Shown here in pieces: positions 8,312-17,562 of a stretch of DNA of 45,318 nt. Each line of letters starts with the position of its first letter. Positions within the stretch are counted from its first letter, which is position 1. Source of the DNA: Oligoflexales bacterium (lineage in GTDB: Bacteria; Bdellovibrionota_B; Oligoflexia; Oligoflexales; CAIYRB01); assembly GCA_041736175.1 (NCBI GenBank), contig JBGSUI010000149.1, forward strand, positions 1 to 45,318, in the 5' to 3' direction. The translations under genes were made by a program, and so were the position numbers. The notes beneath the pieces were generated by a model that ran no database searches, was not told where the DNA came from, and saw only the letters and a list, made by a program, of their open reading frames with translations.

Positions 8312-10282
8312 ATGACGACTACCGGAGAATCTCTCGACAAAAAGACGACCTATCACGGCAACATTTCGACTGTGTTGCTGTTTGTTATCTTTGTCATGTT
8401 GAATTTTCTCGCCACCTATCAGCTGGATTTCTGGCAAAATTATTTTTATGGTGATAGCGAACACCTTTCCACCCCCTGCTCCCTGCAACAAGCATCGAGC
8501 AACACCGCTCAGTGGGACCAGAACCTCATCCTGAATCAGCCCCTTACAAGTGTGGTGGTACCCCATCCTCAAAATCCACTTTTAAAGGATCCCGCTGCTG
8601 CCTTTGCTTTTGCCCGGTACCTGTGCAGGTTTAAGGTGACCCAAACCAACTCCTACGAAGGCGCTGTGATCCTGCATATGGGGTGGGTCTTTGGTAGTAA
8701 GATCTCCATCTACGCCAATGGACTAGAACGCTCGGTCCTCAACGGAAACGATCGGATTATGATTCCACTCAATCAGGATGACTTAGCAAGACCTGACATT
8801 GAAGTCGCTATTCACGTGATCAGCGATCAGACTTCCTACGGGATCAAGGGCTACGCTCCGGCTGTGATCGCTTTTGGCAACCAAACCAACGCCAAAATCA
8901 CTGGCGCAGAAACCGCACTCCAACAGGTGCGCTATCTTTATAGTATTTTACCGGCCCTAACCCTCGGCCTTATGTTTGGGGTAGGTTGGTATACGGGTCT
9001 CAGGTCGACTCTTATGACGGCTCTGTTTCACTATCTCACGATGATTACCCTGCGCAACCTCGTCCTGCTTCTGGTTGACATCTGGCCTTGGCCGGCCATT
9101 TCTAGCTACCTGGGAGTGAGAGCATTTTATCAGGCTAGCTTTGCTGCTTTTTGTCTCTTGATGATGGAGTTTCTTGGAGTCGGGAAACGCTATGTCATGG
9201 GCCTAACTCTTGGAAATATCCTGGTTACCATAATTTTGTTTCCAGTATTATTATATGCTCCCTTTAACTTTTCCCTCCAAAACGCTATGGACAAGATCAA
9301 TCTGTCGGTTTTTCCCATCATTATCTTGGGCATTAGCTATCTTAGCTATCCCAATCTCAAAGTCCTATCGAGACCACGAAGGCTTGTTGGACTCACATTT
9401 ATTACGGTAGCCTGCGTCTTTGCTATTCTTTCTATCCTAGACTTCATCCTTTATTATTTTGGTGTTTCGGTCATGATTTCAAACAAAATCGATATAGCGA
9501 TGCCGGTGTTTATCGGTGGTGTCGTTCTCTATGCGCTCTCACTGATCCAACAAGAATTCTTGTCAGAAAAGGCCATGCGCCAAAAGTTTGAACGGGATTT
9601 AGAGGTCGCCCGAGAGATCCAAGACTCTTTAGCACCACCCTTAGAAATACAGCATATGGGTCCCTACGAAATCCGCTGTATTCACGAAAAGCACGATGCG
9701 GTTGCAGGCGACTGGCTGTCTTTAAGACAGTACCACAAAGGCCAACTCCTAGCCCTCATCGCTGATGCGACAGGCAAGGGGGTCCAAGCTGCCCTCGTGA
9801 TTCACGCCCTCCAGTCCCTTTGGGCGGAGCATCTTGACGAAATCTTCGAGAAACCGGAGCAATGGATCAAAGGTGTAAACAACACCCTGACTATTTTAGG
9901 CGAGCGCAAAGCCCATTCGATGACCATGGGCTTGTGCCTTATTTCACCTGGCTTGCTGACCTATTACAGCGCAGGACACCTCCCCCTCTATCTGTTTAAC
10001 CCTGATGGAGAGACCACTAAAGTCACGGCACTGGCCGCGCGGGGTGGGATTTTAGGAGTCAATAAAAACCTGCAGCTTTCACCAAAAACCCTCGAATTGC
10101 CGGATGGTCGGTTTGAACTTTTGATGGCTAGCGACGGTGTCCTGCCAAAGGGATCCAAAACAGCCCCTCGAGATCTACTAGCCTTACGGGACAGACTCCT
10201 AGGGGGCACTCTGGATGTAAACCAACACTGTGATGCCGAAGATGATAAAACCTTGATTCATATTCAAACTAAAATATTGTGA
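8312..10282 (+). CDS. Membrane sensor with SpoIIE/PP2C phosphatase domain (periplasmic domain plus about 7 TM)
   Basis: DLEVAREIQ, VAGDW, IADATGKGVQAA, SAGHLP, SDGV and EDDKT motifs. Multiple TM segments. AAGGAGG RBS before ATG 8312. Confidence 0.88.
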   Translation: MTTTGESLDKKTTYHGNISTVLLFVIFVMLNFLATYQLDFWQNYFYGDSEHLSTPCSLQQASSNTAQWDQNLILNQPLTSVVVPHPQNPLLKDPAAAFAFARYLCRFKVTQTNSYEGAVILHMGWVFGSKISIYANGLERSVLNGNDRIMIPLNQDDLARPDIEVAIHVISDQTSYGIKGYAPAVIAFGNQTNAKITGAETALQQVRYLYSILPALTLGLMFGVGWYTGLRSTLMTALFHYLTMITLRNLVLLLVDIWPWPAISSYLGVRAFYQASFAAFCLLMMEFLGVGKRYVMGLTLGNILVTIILFPVLLYAPFNFSLQNAMDKINLSVFPIIILGISYLSYPNLKVLSRPRRLVGLTFITVACVFAILSILDFILYYFGVSVMISNKIDIAMPVFIGGVVLYALSLIQQEFLSEKAMRQKFERDLEVAREIQDSLAPPLEIQHMGPYEIRCIHEKHDAVAGDWLSLRQYHKGQLLALIADATGKGVQAALVIHALQSLWAEHLDEIFEKPEQWIKGVNNTLTILGERKAHSMTMGLCLISPGLLTYYSAGHLPLYLFNPDGETTKVTALAARGGILGVNKNLQLSPKTLELPDGRFELLMASDGVLPKGSKTAPRDLLALRDRLLGGTLDVNQHCDAEDDKTLIHIQTKIL

Positions 10283-10352
10283 ACCATATAGAGCGCGTCT
10301 TGTCCTTAGGCAACCTCAACCGGGGTGTCATTGGATTGACTTTGACGCCTTC

Positions 10353-10374
10353 CTGATGGTAATTTAACCATCAG
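10353..10374. promoter_or_regulatory. Inverted repeat operator CTGATGGT-AATTTA-ACCATCAG
   Basis: Perfect 8-bp IR just downstream of TTGAC elements and upstream of a TA-like pair. Confidence 0.6.
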
Positions 10375-10385
10375 AAGGGGCCTGC

Positions 10386-10691
10386 ATGAAAGCTCAAAAG
10401 ATCTTCCATCAAAAAATTGTTTTAAAACACAAGGTGCCTTCCCGACTGGCTATTTTTGAAGTGGCAATTTGGCGTGTACCGGTAACACGGTCTTATCCTG
10501 AGGGTATCAAGTACCGGGCCTGGCTTTCGGAAGAAGGTAAAACTATATTTGGTTTTGATAACCACCAGCCAAAAGGGCCTCACCTACATATTGGTGACCG
10601 GGAAATAGGCTACGTCTATCGGGGAATTATTGCCCTGCGAGAGGATTTTATGGCGATGATCGCAGAGGAAGGATTTGTTTATGAAGACTAG
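10386..10691 (+). CDS. DUF6516/TumE-like toxin-antitoxin protein
   Basis: IWRVP...YPEGIKYR...GFDNHQPKGPHLH motif. Confidence 0.75.
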   Translation: MKAQKIFHQKIVLKHKVPSRLAIFEVAIWRVPVTRSYPEGIKYRAWLSEEGKTIFGFDNHQPKGPHLHIGDREIGYVYRGIIALREDFMAMIAEEGFVYED

Positions 10692-11040
10692 AAGAATTAT
10701 GTTGGTGGTCGAACCATCATCGAGGTCATTAAATCGTGCTTTCAGTGCCTTAGCTAAACCCAGCAAGAAAAAGCTAGGGATCGAGACCATTTGTTTTCCT
10801 GATTTCGCAACATTAGGAAAGGTTATCACTGCATCCAGGTTAGAGTTAATGCATGTCATACGAACGGCGAAGCCTAAATCGATTCAGGAACTAGCCCGCA
10901 CTGTTAGACGCGACTTTAAGAATGTATACCGAGATGTAAATATTCTCGCCGAATTTGGGCTTATCGAGTTGAAAAAACCTGGACCACGACGCGCCGCTGC
11001 TCCGGTTGCACTTTTCTCGGAAATTGTCCTGGCGGCATGA
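10681..11040 (+). CDS. HVO_A0114-like winged-HTH regulator (probable antitoxin)
   Basis: SRLELM...PKSIQELARTVRRDFKNVYRDVNILAEFGLI. Overlaps the upstream gene. Confidence 0.8.
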   Translation: MKTRRIMLVVEPSSRSLNRAFSALAKPSKKKLGIETICFPDFATLGKVITASRLELMHVIRTAKPKSIQELARTVRRDFKNVYRDVNILAEFGLIELKKPGPRRAAAPVALFSEIVLAA

Positions 11041-11108
11041 TACCCATTGCAGTTTACCTATGACTGCGGACGATTTAAGAAGTGTCTTTAGGGGGGGCAA
11101 AGTCAATC

Positions 11109-12023
11109 CTAGTGGAGATAATCCCCAAAGACTTGGTCGTCTGAGGCTCCAAGATCTCCTTGGGAAGTCCCGTCGGGAGAAAGAGCTTCGAAGAGCCAGC
11201 GCTTGATCTTAGGTAGGTTAAGAGGGGTAAAAAAAGTGATGCCCTTGTCTAGGTCTGAAAAAGAGGTCACACCGGCGAGCGTGCATTGTTTGTCTCGGGG
11301 GGTCCAAAGAAACGCTGGACCACCGCTATCACCCGAAGCTGCAAAGGATGTTTTTTGGGCTCCGGAGGTGTTGGAGTGATGGGTCACGAAATAAGGCGCG
11401 CCTTTTTGAGGGAGTCGGGCCACCACACTCCGTCCCACCAAAGGCTTTGAGGGCATCGGCAGGCCTGGACTCATGGAACCGTAGCCACTAAAAACGATGG
11501 TGTGACCGATTTGCAGGCGCCTCATGGAAAGGGTTTTTTCTGGTAGGACGTGGTTTGATAACAGCTTGAGATGAGGATCACCGGAAAAGTCGATCAGACC
11601 CAGATCAAAAACCGGTGGGATAAAATAGGAAACTTTGGTTTTTTCCTTTTCCCTTTGCTCCATAAACTCTTTGTACTTTTCAGAGACGATAAATCTGTCA
11701 GATTCGATTTTGGAATTGTTTGGACCCTTGATCATGGCCCGAGACATATTGGTAAGACAGTGGAGTGCGGTTACAAATTTTGTTTCAGTTATAAAAAACC
11801 CGCTGCAGGTAAAAGTCTGACCAGTGACTTTCTGTGTAAAGTAAACATTGTAAACCCGGTCGAGGCCACAGGACTCTTGGAAGTTGTCCAGGTCTTGCCA
11901 GTTTGCTACGGGATTGCCAACTGCGAGGGTGTTTTCCTCGTCCCGAGGACGCTGGCACCCCCAACCCACCCACAGGAGTGCAAGGCTAAAAGAGATGAGA
12001 TCCCTAGAGAGGTTACGAGTCAT
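11109..12023 (-). CDS. Trypsin-like (S1) serine protease, probable lipoprotein
   Basis: CSG, TALHC, DLGLI and GDSGGP. Signal ending WGC after ATG 12023. Confidence 0.88.
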   Translation of the reverse strand: MTRNLSRDLISFSLALLWVGWGCQRPRDEENTLAVGNPVANWQDLDNFQESCGLDRVYNVYFTQKVTGQTFTCSGFFITETKFVTALHCLTNMSRAMIKGPNNSKIESDRFIVSEKYKEFMEQREKEKTKVSYFIPPVFDLGLIDFSGDPHLKLLSNHVLPEKTLSMRRLQIGHTIVFSGYGSMSPGLPMPSKPLVGRSVVARLPQKGAPYFVTHHSNTSGAQKTSFAASGDSGGPAFLWTPRDKQCTLAGVTSFSDLDKGITFFTPLNLPKIKRWLFEALSPDGTSQGDLGASDDQVFGDYLH

Positions 12024-12093
12024 GGATCGGTTCCTTAATGTGTTTTCACTCACATCCGTCACAGCTCGCGCCTGCAAGAATTGGTCCAGATCT

Positions 12094-13242
12094 TTACAAG
12101 CGAAGGGCATCGTGCCTAAACACCCGGCCTTTCCAGTGCTGCTGGAGGCCAAAGGTTTTATCGATCAAAGCAGCGATGCTGATCACACAAAACACTGTTA
12201 AGCTTAGTGGGAAAAGCAGGGGGCCCCAAGGGCTAAACCGACCTAAACGCCGCTGGATCCACATAAGATAGATCACCGTAAGGGTCGCAATCAGAAACGG
12301 CCCGAGTTGGTCCCAAGCGTGCCCAGCTCCGGTCACAGCAGCAAACATCAGGACCGCATCGAGCACTAGCCACGGCGAGGTCATCTCCATACCTGCCCGA
12401 AAGTTACGCCTCCAGCCCCGAAAAAAATCACCAAAGCTTGGGTACATCCGCACTTTGTAGAGCGGTTTTTGGGTATACACACCATAAGGTTTAATGTCCT
12501 GATTGTTATCACCTCGAAGATGGGCTTTGACTACCGCCTGGGCGAGGGGAATGTCTTCGACGAGTTCTCCTCTAACAGCCTGATGGCCGCCAATCCCTTG
12601 GTAGGTCTTGCGCTCAAAGAGTAGATACTGGCCAATGGCATAAAGCCGGTGGGGTTTGGGGGTGCCATAGGGGTTGGTCATGGCTAAGAGCCAGACGTGA
12701 AAGGGGCCGAGAAGGGACTCCCAAAGGGTGGTCCCCTGGTGATAGGGAAGGCAGGATAAAAGACCGAGCTGGTGCTGGGTGCGGTAGGCCATGGCTTCGT
12801 AAAGGCTGTCAGCATGGTGCTCGGTATCCGCATCGGTAAACAGTAAAAACTCACCTTGGGCCGCAGCTTGGCCCTGGTGGCAAGCCCATGATTTGCCATT
12901 CCAGTTGTCAGAGGAGGTGGGTCGGGGTTTTTCTTTTCCAGAGATAAGCTTGATAGGCAGCGATGACTGGCTGGCAAAGTTTTGCACTATTTCACCGGTC
13001 CCATCCGTAGACTCGTCATCCACCACGATGACTTCCAAGGGTGGCGGGGAAAGCTGCTCCAAGGACTGGAGGAGGGGAAGGATATTGAGAGCCTCGTTAC
13101 GGGCGGGAACGATGATGGACACCCGCCCACATTGATCCCTTGCGGTCAGGCTTAAGGCTTTGTCTATAGAGAGACCCACGGACCCTCGCATCCTGATCAT
13201 CAGTAAGAAAAGTCCAGCGGTCGCAATCAGGATATCAAACAT
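12094..13242 (-). CDS. Family 2 glycosyltransferase (CrtQ/CruC-like carotenoid glycosyltransferase)
   Basis: IIVPARNE, VVDDESTDGT, WNGKSWAC, FTDAD and LVEDI motifs. Last gene of the crt operon. Confidence 0.85.
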   Translation of the reverse strand: MFDILIATAGLFLLMIRMRGSVGLSIDKALSLTARDQCGRVSIIVPARNEALNILPLLQSLEQLSPPPLEVIVVDDESTDGTGEIVQNFASQSSLPIKLISGKEKPRPTSSDNWNGKSWACHQGQAAAQGEFLLFTDADTEHHADSLYEAMAYRTQHQLGLLSCLPYHQGTTLWESLLGPFHVWLLAMTNPYGTPKPHRLYAIGQYLLFERKTYQGIGGHQAVRGELVEDIPLAQAVVKAHLRGDNNQDIKPYGVYTQKPLYKVRMYPSFGDFFRGWRRNFRAGMEMTSPWLVLDAVLMFAAVTGAGHAWDQLGPFLIATLTVIYLMWIQRRLGRFSPWGPLLFPLSLTVFCVISIAALIDKTFGLQQHWKGRVFRHDALRL

Positions 13243-13273
13243 ACTCCGTCCTCAAACCATTTGATGTTGAGCC

Positions 13274-13903
13274 CTATGGGGACAAAAGGGTGAGGGTTTC
13301 AGTGACCCCGGGATACCCCTCGCTCAGCCAATGCCACCAACAGGCGATCATAAGAGCATGACCGGTGATGGCAGTAAAATGGCTCCACATCTCAACCCGG
13401 TCGAGGCCCTGGGAAAAATACCGAAACCAGTGCATGGCCTCATCGAGAGCACTATAAAAAAACGATAAAAGGATCAGCACCAGGGCCGGGATCCGAAAGG
13501 TTTCCCCATGCTCGTAACAAAGGCACAGAGCCATCACGCTCGGGATCGCCGTCGCCACGATCATCTGGTGGACATACCCCTCACCGCGGGCCAACTGGCT
13601 TTTATAGAGGGTGCGGTGGCCTATATCGTCGAGAGCAAGAGCAGAGCCAAACAAAAAGGTTCCTATAGGGATAAACCAGACGTAACCCGGCCAGTGGATC
13701 CCATTCCAAGCCCCAAAACCTATAAAGGCGGTGGTGCCTACGAAAAGGCCAAAGATGGATCCTATCCAGAGGAGATAGCGGATCCAATCAGAAAAATTAA
13801 AGTTTTGAATTTGTCCTACGTAGGCCTTGATCTCAACCCATGGGTTTTGGTAGAGGCCGTGATGGGCGTCCCTTGACGGAGTGGCAGTGGATAAAAGACT
13901 CAT
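13274..13903 (-). CDS. Unknown integral membrane protein with duplicated D/E...H motifs
   Basis: About 5 TM segments. ATGA-coupled to crtB with GGAGG RBS. Motifs ALDDIGHR/EGYVH and ALDEAMHW/EMWSH. Confidence 0.75.
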   Translation of the reverse strand: MSLLSTATPSRDAHHGLYQNPWVEIKAYVGQIQNFNFSDWIRYLLWIGSIFGLFVGTTAFIGFGAWNGIHWPGYVWFIPIGTFLFGSALALDDIGHRTLYKSQLARGEGYVHQMIVATAIPSVMALCLCYEHGETFRIPALVLILLSFFYSALDEAMHWFRYFSQGLDRVEMWSHFTAITGHALMIACWWHWLSEGYPGVTETLTLLSP

Positions 13904-14958
13904 GACGAAAAGTACCTCCAAAGGTCTTGGGGTGAACTGAGTTTCCAGGGATGACTGATCCGAAAAGGAAGATCTCGGACAAGTAGGAGCAAGGCTTTAA
14001 AGATGCCCGCTATTTTAGCACCTTTTGAGAGCTTGGTGCGGCTGACCCACGCACGGTTTTTTCTGTTTAGGATTTGTGTGCCGATCGCTTGGTAAAGGTA
14101 GCAAGCCGCCCCCGCAGCCCAAGCGGCCCGCCAGGGTAGCTGTTTAAGGCCGCTGCGAGCTGTGGCGTACAGACGGTCGGCTTCTGTAAGGATCTCTTGG
14201 ACTGCCAAAAAAAGCTGGGGACTCTTCTCAGGGCTGCGCCGGATGTGGTCCCACTCTCTAAGCAAACTTTCAGGATCTTGGGGGAGACCGTGGTCTTTTA
14301 AGATCTCACGAGGGAGATAAATGCGTCCGAGTTTAGCGTCGTCGATGATATCCCTTGCGATATTGGTCAACTGCATAGCGATCCCCAGCTCTGCTGCGAG
14401 TTCACGAGCCATAGGGTCCCTTAAACCTACCAGGTGACTAAACATCACTCCGACAACTCCAGCCACATGGTATCCATAGACCTTAAGGTCTCCTAAGGTC
14501 TGATAGTGGGGCGGCTGTAGATCCATGGCCATCCCCTTAAGCAGCTCTTCGGCGTAAAAGTAAGGGAGTCCACGGTGGTGTGCTAGATACCCCATCGCTA
14601 GCAAAGCCGGATCGAGGCTTTGGTTGAAGAGGGCTTCCCTAAACTTTTGGGGGTCAGTCATCATGGTCTTGGTATCAACCATGAGTTGGTTTAGGAGCGC
14701 CGTGCGGTCGGTTTCGGGTAGGAGATGCTGGTCTACGGGGGCATCCCGATGCCCAAGATTTTGTCCGTCGATACGGTCGTCACAGTAACGACACCAGGCA
14801 TAGAGCAGGGTGACGGCCCTCTGGTCCTTGCGACCGAGGAGGCGGGCAGCAGCAAAAAAACTAAGGGACCCACGCTCCATCCGACTGCGGCAGCTCTGGT
14901 AGAGGGATTCTTCCAGGACCGAGGGGGGTGTTGTCGGGAGTGATGACCGTTTTGTCAT
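13900..14958 (-). CDS. crtB: Phytoene synthase
   Basis: GSLSFF, LYAWCRYCDDRID, YHVAGVVG and AMQLTNIARDIIDDAKLGRIYLP. Confidence 0.95.
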   Translation of the reverse strand: MTKRSSLPTTPPSVLEESLYQSCRSRMERGSLSFFAAARLLGRKDQRAVTLLYAWCRYCDDRIDGQNLGHRDAPVDQHLLPETDRTALLNQLMVDTKTMMTDPQKFREALFNQSLDPALLAMGYLAHHRGLPYFYAEELLKGMAMDLQPPHYQTLGDLKVYGYHVAGVVGVMFSHLVGLRDPMARELAAELGIAMQLTNIARDIIDDAKLGRIYLPREILKDHGLPQDPESLLREWDHIRRSPEKSPQLFLAVQEILTEADRLYATARSGLKQLPWRAAWAAGAACYLYQAIGTQILNRKNRAWVSRTKLSKGAKIAGIFKALLLLVRDLPFRISHPWKLSSPQDLWRYFSS

Positions 14959-14984
14959 CCTAATATCCTTTCATCGGCGCCCTA

Positions 14985-16598
14985 TCAAGGAGTTGATTGG
15001 GTCCACTGGTCTGCTGCTGGGGCACGGAGTTCACGGGAAGTCGCATCCTTTTTCTGGCTTTCAGAGTTGCTATAGTCGGCAAAGATCACAGAGGCAGTGG
15101 CTTGGGCCGACCCAACCACTCCCGGAATCCCGGCTCCAGGGTGGGTCCCTGCACCTGCAAAATAAAGCCCCTTAAGCCGGTCGTCCCGATTATGGACCCT
15201 AAAAAAGGCGCTTTGGGTCAGGATCGGTTCGAGGGAAAACGCAGCACCCAGATAGGAGTCTAAGGTCGTCTCAAAATCTAGGGGAGTCCTCTCTTCTCGG
15301 ACCACAATGGACTCCCGAAGCCCAGGCATGGCGTGCTTTTCTAGATAATCGATAATCCGGTCCCCGTATGCGGCACCCTGGCCTTTCCAGTCATAAGCTT
15401 TTTGGGGATCTTTACGACCATGACCAAGGTGGGGGACTGGCGAAAGGACGTAGAAGCACTCGCCTCCCGCAGGGGCCATGGATGGGTCAGAAACGCTGGG
15501 AGCATGGAGATAAAGGGAAAAGTCGTCGGCGACGATGCCACGATCAAAAATATCGGTCAAAAGTTCCTTATAGCGGGGCCCAAACATCACATTGTGATGG
15601 AGGATTCCTGGAAACTTTTTATTGGTTCCAAAGTAAAGCACATAGAGGGACATGGAGTGGGATTTTTTTTGGAGCCGCTGTCCGTGGGATGCTGCGGTAG
15701 GGGTGTTGCGTAGGAGCTTGGTGTAGGTGTTGGTCACATCGGCATTGCTCACCACCATGGAAAAGTTTTTGGTTTGGCCCGATTTAAGCTTAAGGCCGGT
15801 AACTTGATCACCTTTGGTTAAGATCTCATCCACGGGAGAGCTGAGTTGGATGGTTCCTCCTAAATCTTGGAAGAGTTTACCTAGGCCGTTCACCAGGACA
15901 TGGGTTCCGCCTTTGGCCCAAAAGACTCCCTGGGCTCTTTCCAGGGGGTGGATCAAGGTGTAGATCGCTGAGGCTCTAAAGGGATTGCCGCCGATCAGCA
16001 GGCTGTTAAAGCTAAAGGCCTGGCGCAGCTTTTCGCTCTTAAAAAAGCTTTTAACCTTGGAGTAAACGGAAACCTGTGCAGATAGCCGGAGCAGCTGGGG
16101 AGCGACTTTGGCCATATCCCAAAAGGACTGAAAGGGGACATGGCAAAGCTTCACATATCCCTCCTTAAACACTTCAAGGGCATAATTAAAATATCGGTGA
16201 TAGCCTTCCACATCTTCAGGGGAGAGACGTTTGATTTCGGCCAGAAGGTTTTTCTCGTCTTGGTGGTAGTCAAATCGGGTGCCGTCTTCCCAAAAAAGCC
16301 GATACATGGGCGAGAGAGGGAGGAGTTCCACGTAGTCTTGCATCTTGCGCCCCGAAAGGGCAAAGAGGCTCTCCAGGGTATCGGGTGCCGTGATGACGGT
16401 CGGGCCCATATCGAATTTGTAGCCCTCTAACTCAAAAAAACCCGCACGACCACCCAGTTGGGGCAGCGATTCAAAGAGCGTCGTCTGGATCCCCGAAGAT
16501 TGCAGACGTATAGCCATTGCTAGCCCTCCAAACCCGCTGCCGATCACGGCGGCTGTCAGTCCGGGAGGCAAGTCGAGGGGCACCTTAGGTGTAGGCAT
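14985..16598 (-). CDS. crtI: Phytoene desaturase
   Basis: VIGSGFGGLAMAIRL, FDMGPTVIT and GAGTHPGAGIPGV. AGGAG RBS before ATG 16598. Confidence 0.95.
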   Translation of the reverse strand: MPTPKVPLDLPPGLTAAVIGSGFGGLAMAIRLQSSGIQTTLFESLPQLGGRAGFFELEGYKFDMGPTVITAPDTLESLFALSGRKMQDYVELLPLSPMYRLFWEDGTRFDYHQDEKNLLAEIKRLSPEDVEGYHRYFNYALEVFKEGYVKLCHVPFQSFWDMAKVAPQLLRLSAQVSVYSKVKSFFKSEKLRQAFSFNSLLIGGNPFRASAIYTLIHPLERAQGVFWAKGGTHVLVNGLGKLFQDLGGTIQLSSPVDEILTKGDQVTGLKLKSGQTKNFSMVVSNADVTNTYTKLLRNTPTAASHGQRLQKKSHSMSLYVLYFGTNKKFPGILHHNVMFGPRYKELLTDIFDRGIVADDFSLYLHAPSVSDPSMAPAGGECFYVLSPVPHLGHGRKDPQKAYDWKGQGAAYGDRIIDYLEKHAMPGLRESIVVREERTPLDFETTLDSYLGAAFSLEPILTQSAFFRVHNRDDRLKGLYFAGAGTHPGAGIPGVVGSAQATASVIFADYSNSESQKKDATSRELRAPAADQWTQSTP

Positions 16599-17562
16599 GG
16601 AGCAGCTCCTTAGTAAATACGAAACATTGGTCGACGCTCTTTTGATGAAATCGATGGGGGTCACGAAGGGGCGCGAAGGCCTCCTGGATATCGGCCTCCA
16701 TCAGGTCGAGAGCCCGGAGACAAAACTCGTGGGAAGTCAGCCAAACCTCGACAGCGTCGCGGTTGAAGGGTTTTTGGTCGACCACTGTCCTCAAACTCCC
16801 AACCAACTTGGGCTCCATGCGGTGGGCGAGGAGCCATAGACTGGAAGGCTTGTCCAGGATCAGGTCTTCGAAATGCTTAGGTCCGGAGGTCTTTGAAACG
16901 GCGTTTCCTAAATCGTCGCATGTTTGGAGGATCAGGCCAAACTTGAGGCCAAAGGTACGGACCAACTCTATCTGCTCTAGGGAGCCTTGGCCAAGGAGAG
17001 CGCCTCCATAGACCGCAAAAGAGGTGAGGCATCCGGTTTTGAGGAGCGAGACTTGGCGGCAGATATCTGGAAGCTCATTAACGGGGATCGTGCTGGCTTT
17101 AAGGGACAGGTCGAGAATCTGGCCGCAGTGGGCTAACTCCATGGTGTCGCCAAAGGCCCGTGTTGCCCAGAGTTCCTGCTCCGTGTTGAGGCCTAGCTGT
17201 CGGAGTTCGTTGAGAGCCTTAAAGTAAAGCCAATTTCCAGCACACAGTGCCTGGGGCATCCCCATCTGGAGATGGAGTGCTGGGCCGCCGCGACGCTCGG
17301 TGCTGCCGTCTTGGATATCATCGATCACCAAGGAGCCTAGGTGCAGGGACTCTAGCATGTCCCCAAGCCGGTCTATTTGGGGGGTGGTAGCCTCGGCGGC
17401 ATCGCCTTTACAGACCATCTGGTAGGCCATGCGCACCAGACGTTTTCTAAACTTTTTACTGGGGCGCTCTCCAAACTCAAACAGGGGAGCTTTTAAGGTC
17501 TTGTTTAACAAGGGCTCCAACTCCCCTAAGTTCAGGGTGGGTTGGAAGCTAGGGTCGAGCAT
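16585..17562 (-). CDS. crtE: Polyprenyl (GGPP) synthase
   Basis: LHLGSLVIDDIQDGSTERRG, GQILDL, LKTG and QTCDDL. Confidence 0.85.
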   Translation of the reverse strand: MLDPSFQPTLNLGELEPLLNKTLKAPLFEFGERPSKKFRKRLVRMAYQMVCKGDAAEATTPQIDRLGDMLESLHLGSLVIDDIQDGSTERRGGPALHLQMGMPQALCAGNWLYFKALNELRQLGLNTEQELWATRAFGDTMELAHCGQILDLSLKASTIPVNELPDICRQVSLLKTGCLTSFAVYGGALLGQGSLEQIELVRTFGLKFGLILQTCDDLGNAVSKTSGPKHFEDLILDKPSSLWLLAHRMEPKLVGSLRTVVDQKPFNRDAVEVWLTSHEFCLRALDLMEADIQEAFAPLRDPHRFHQKSVDQCFVFTKELLHAYT

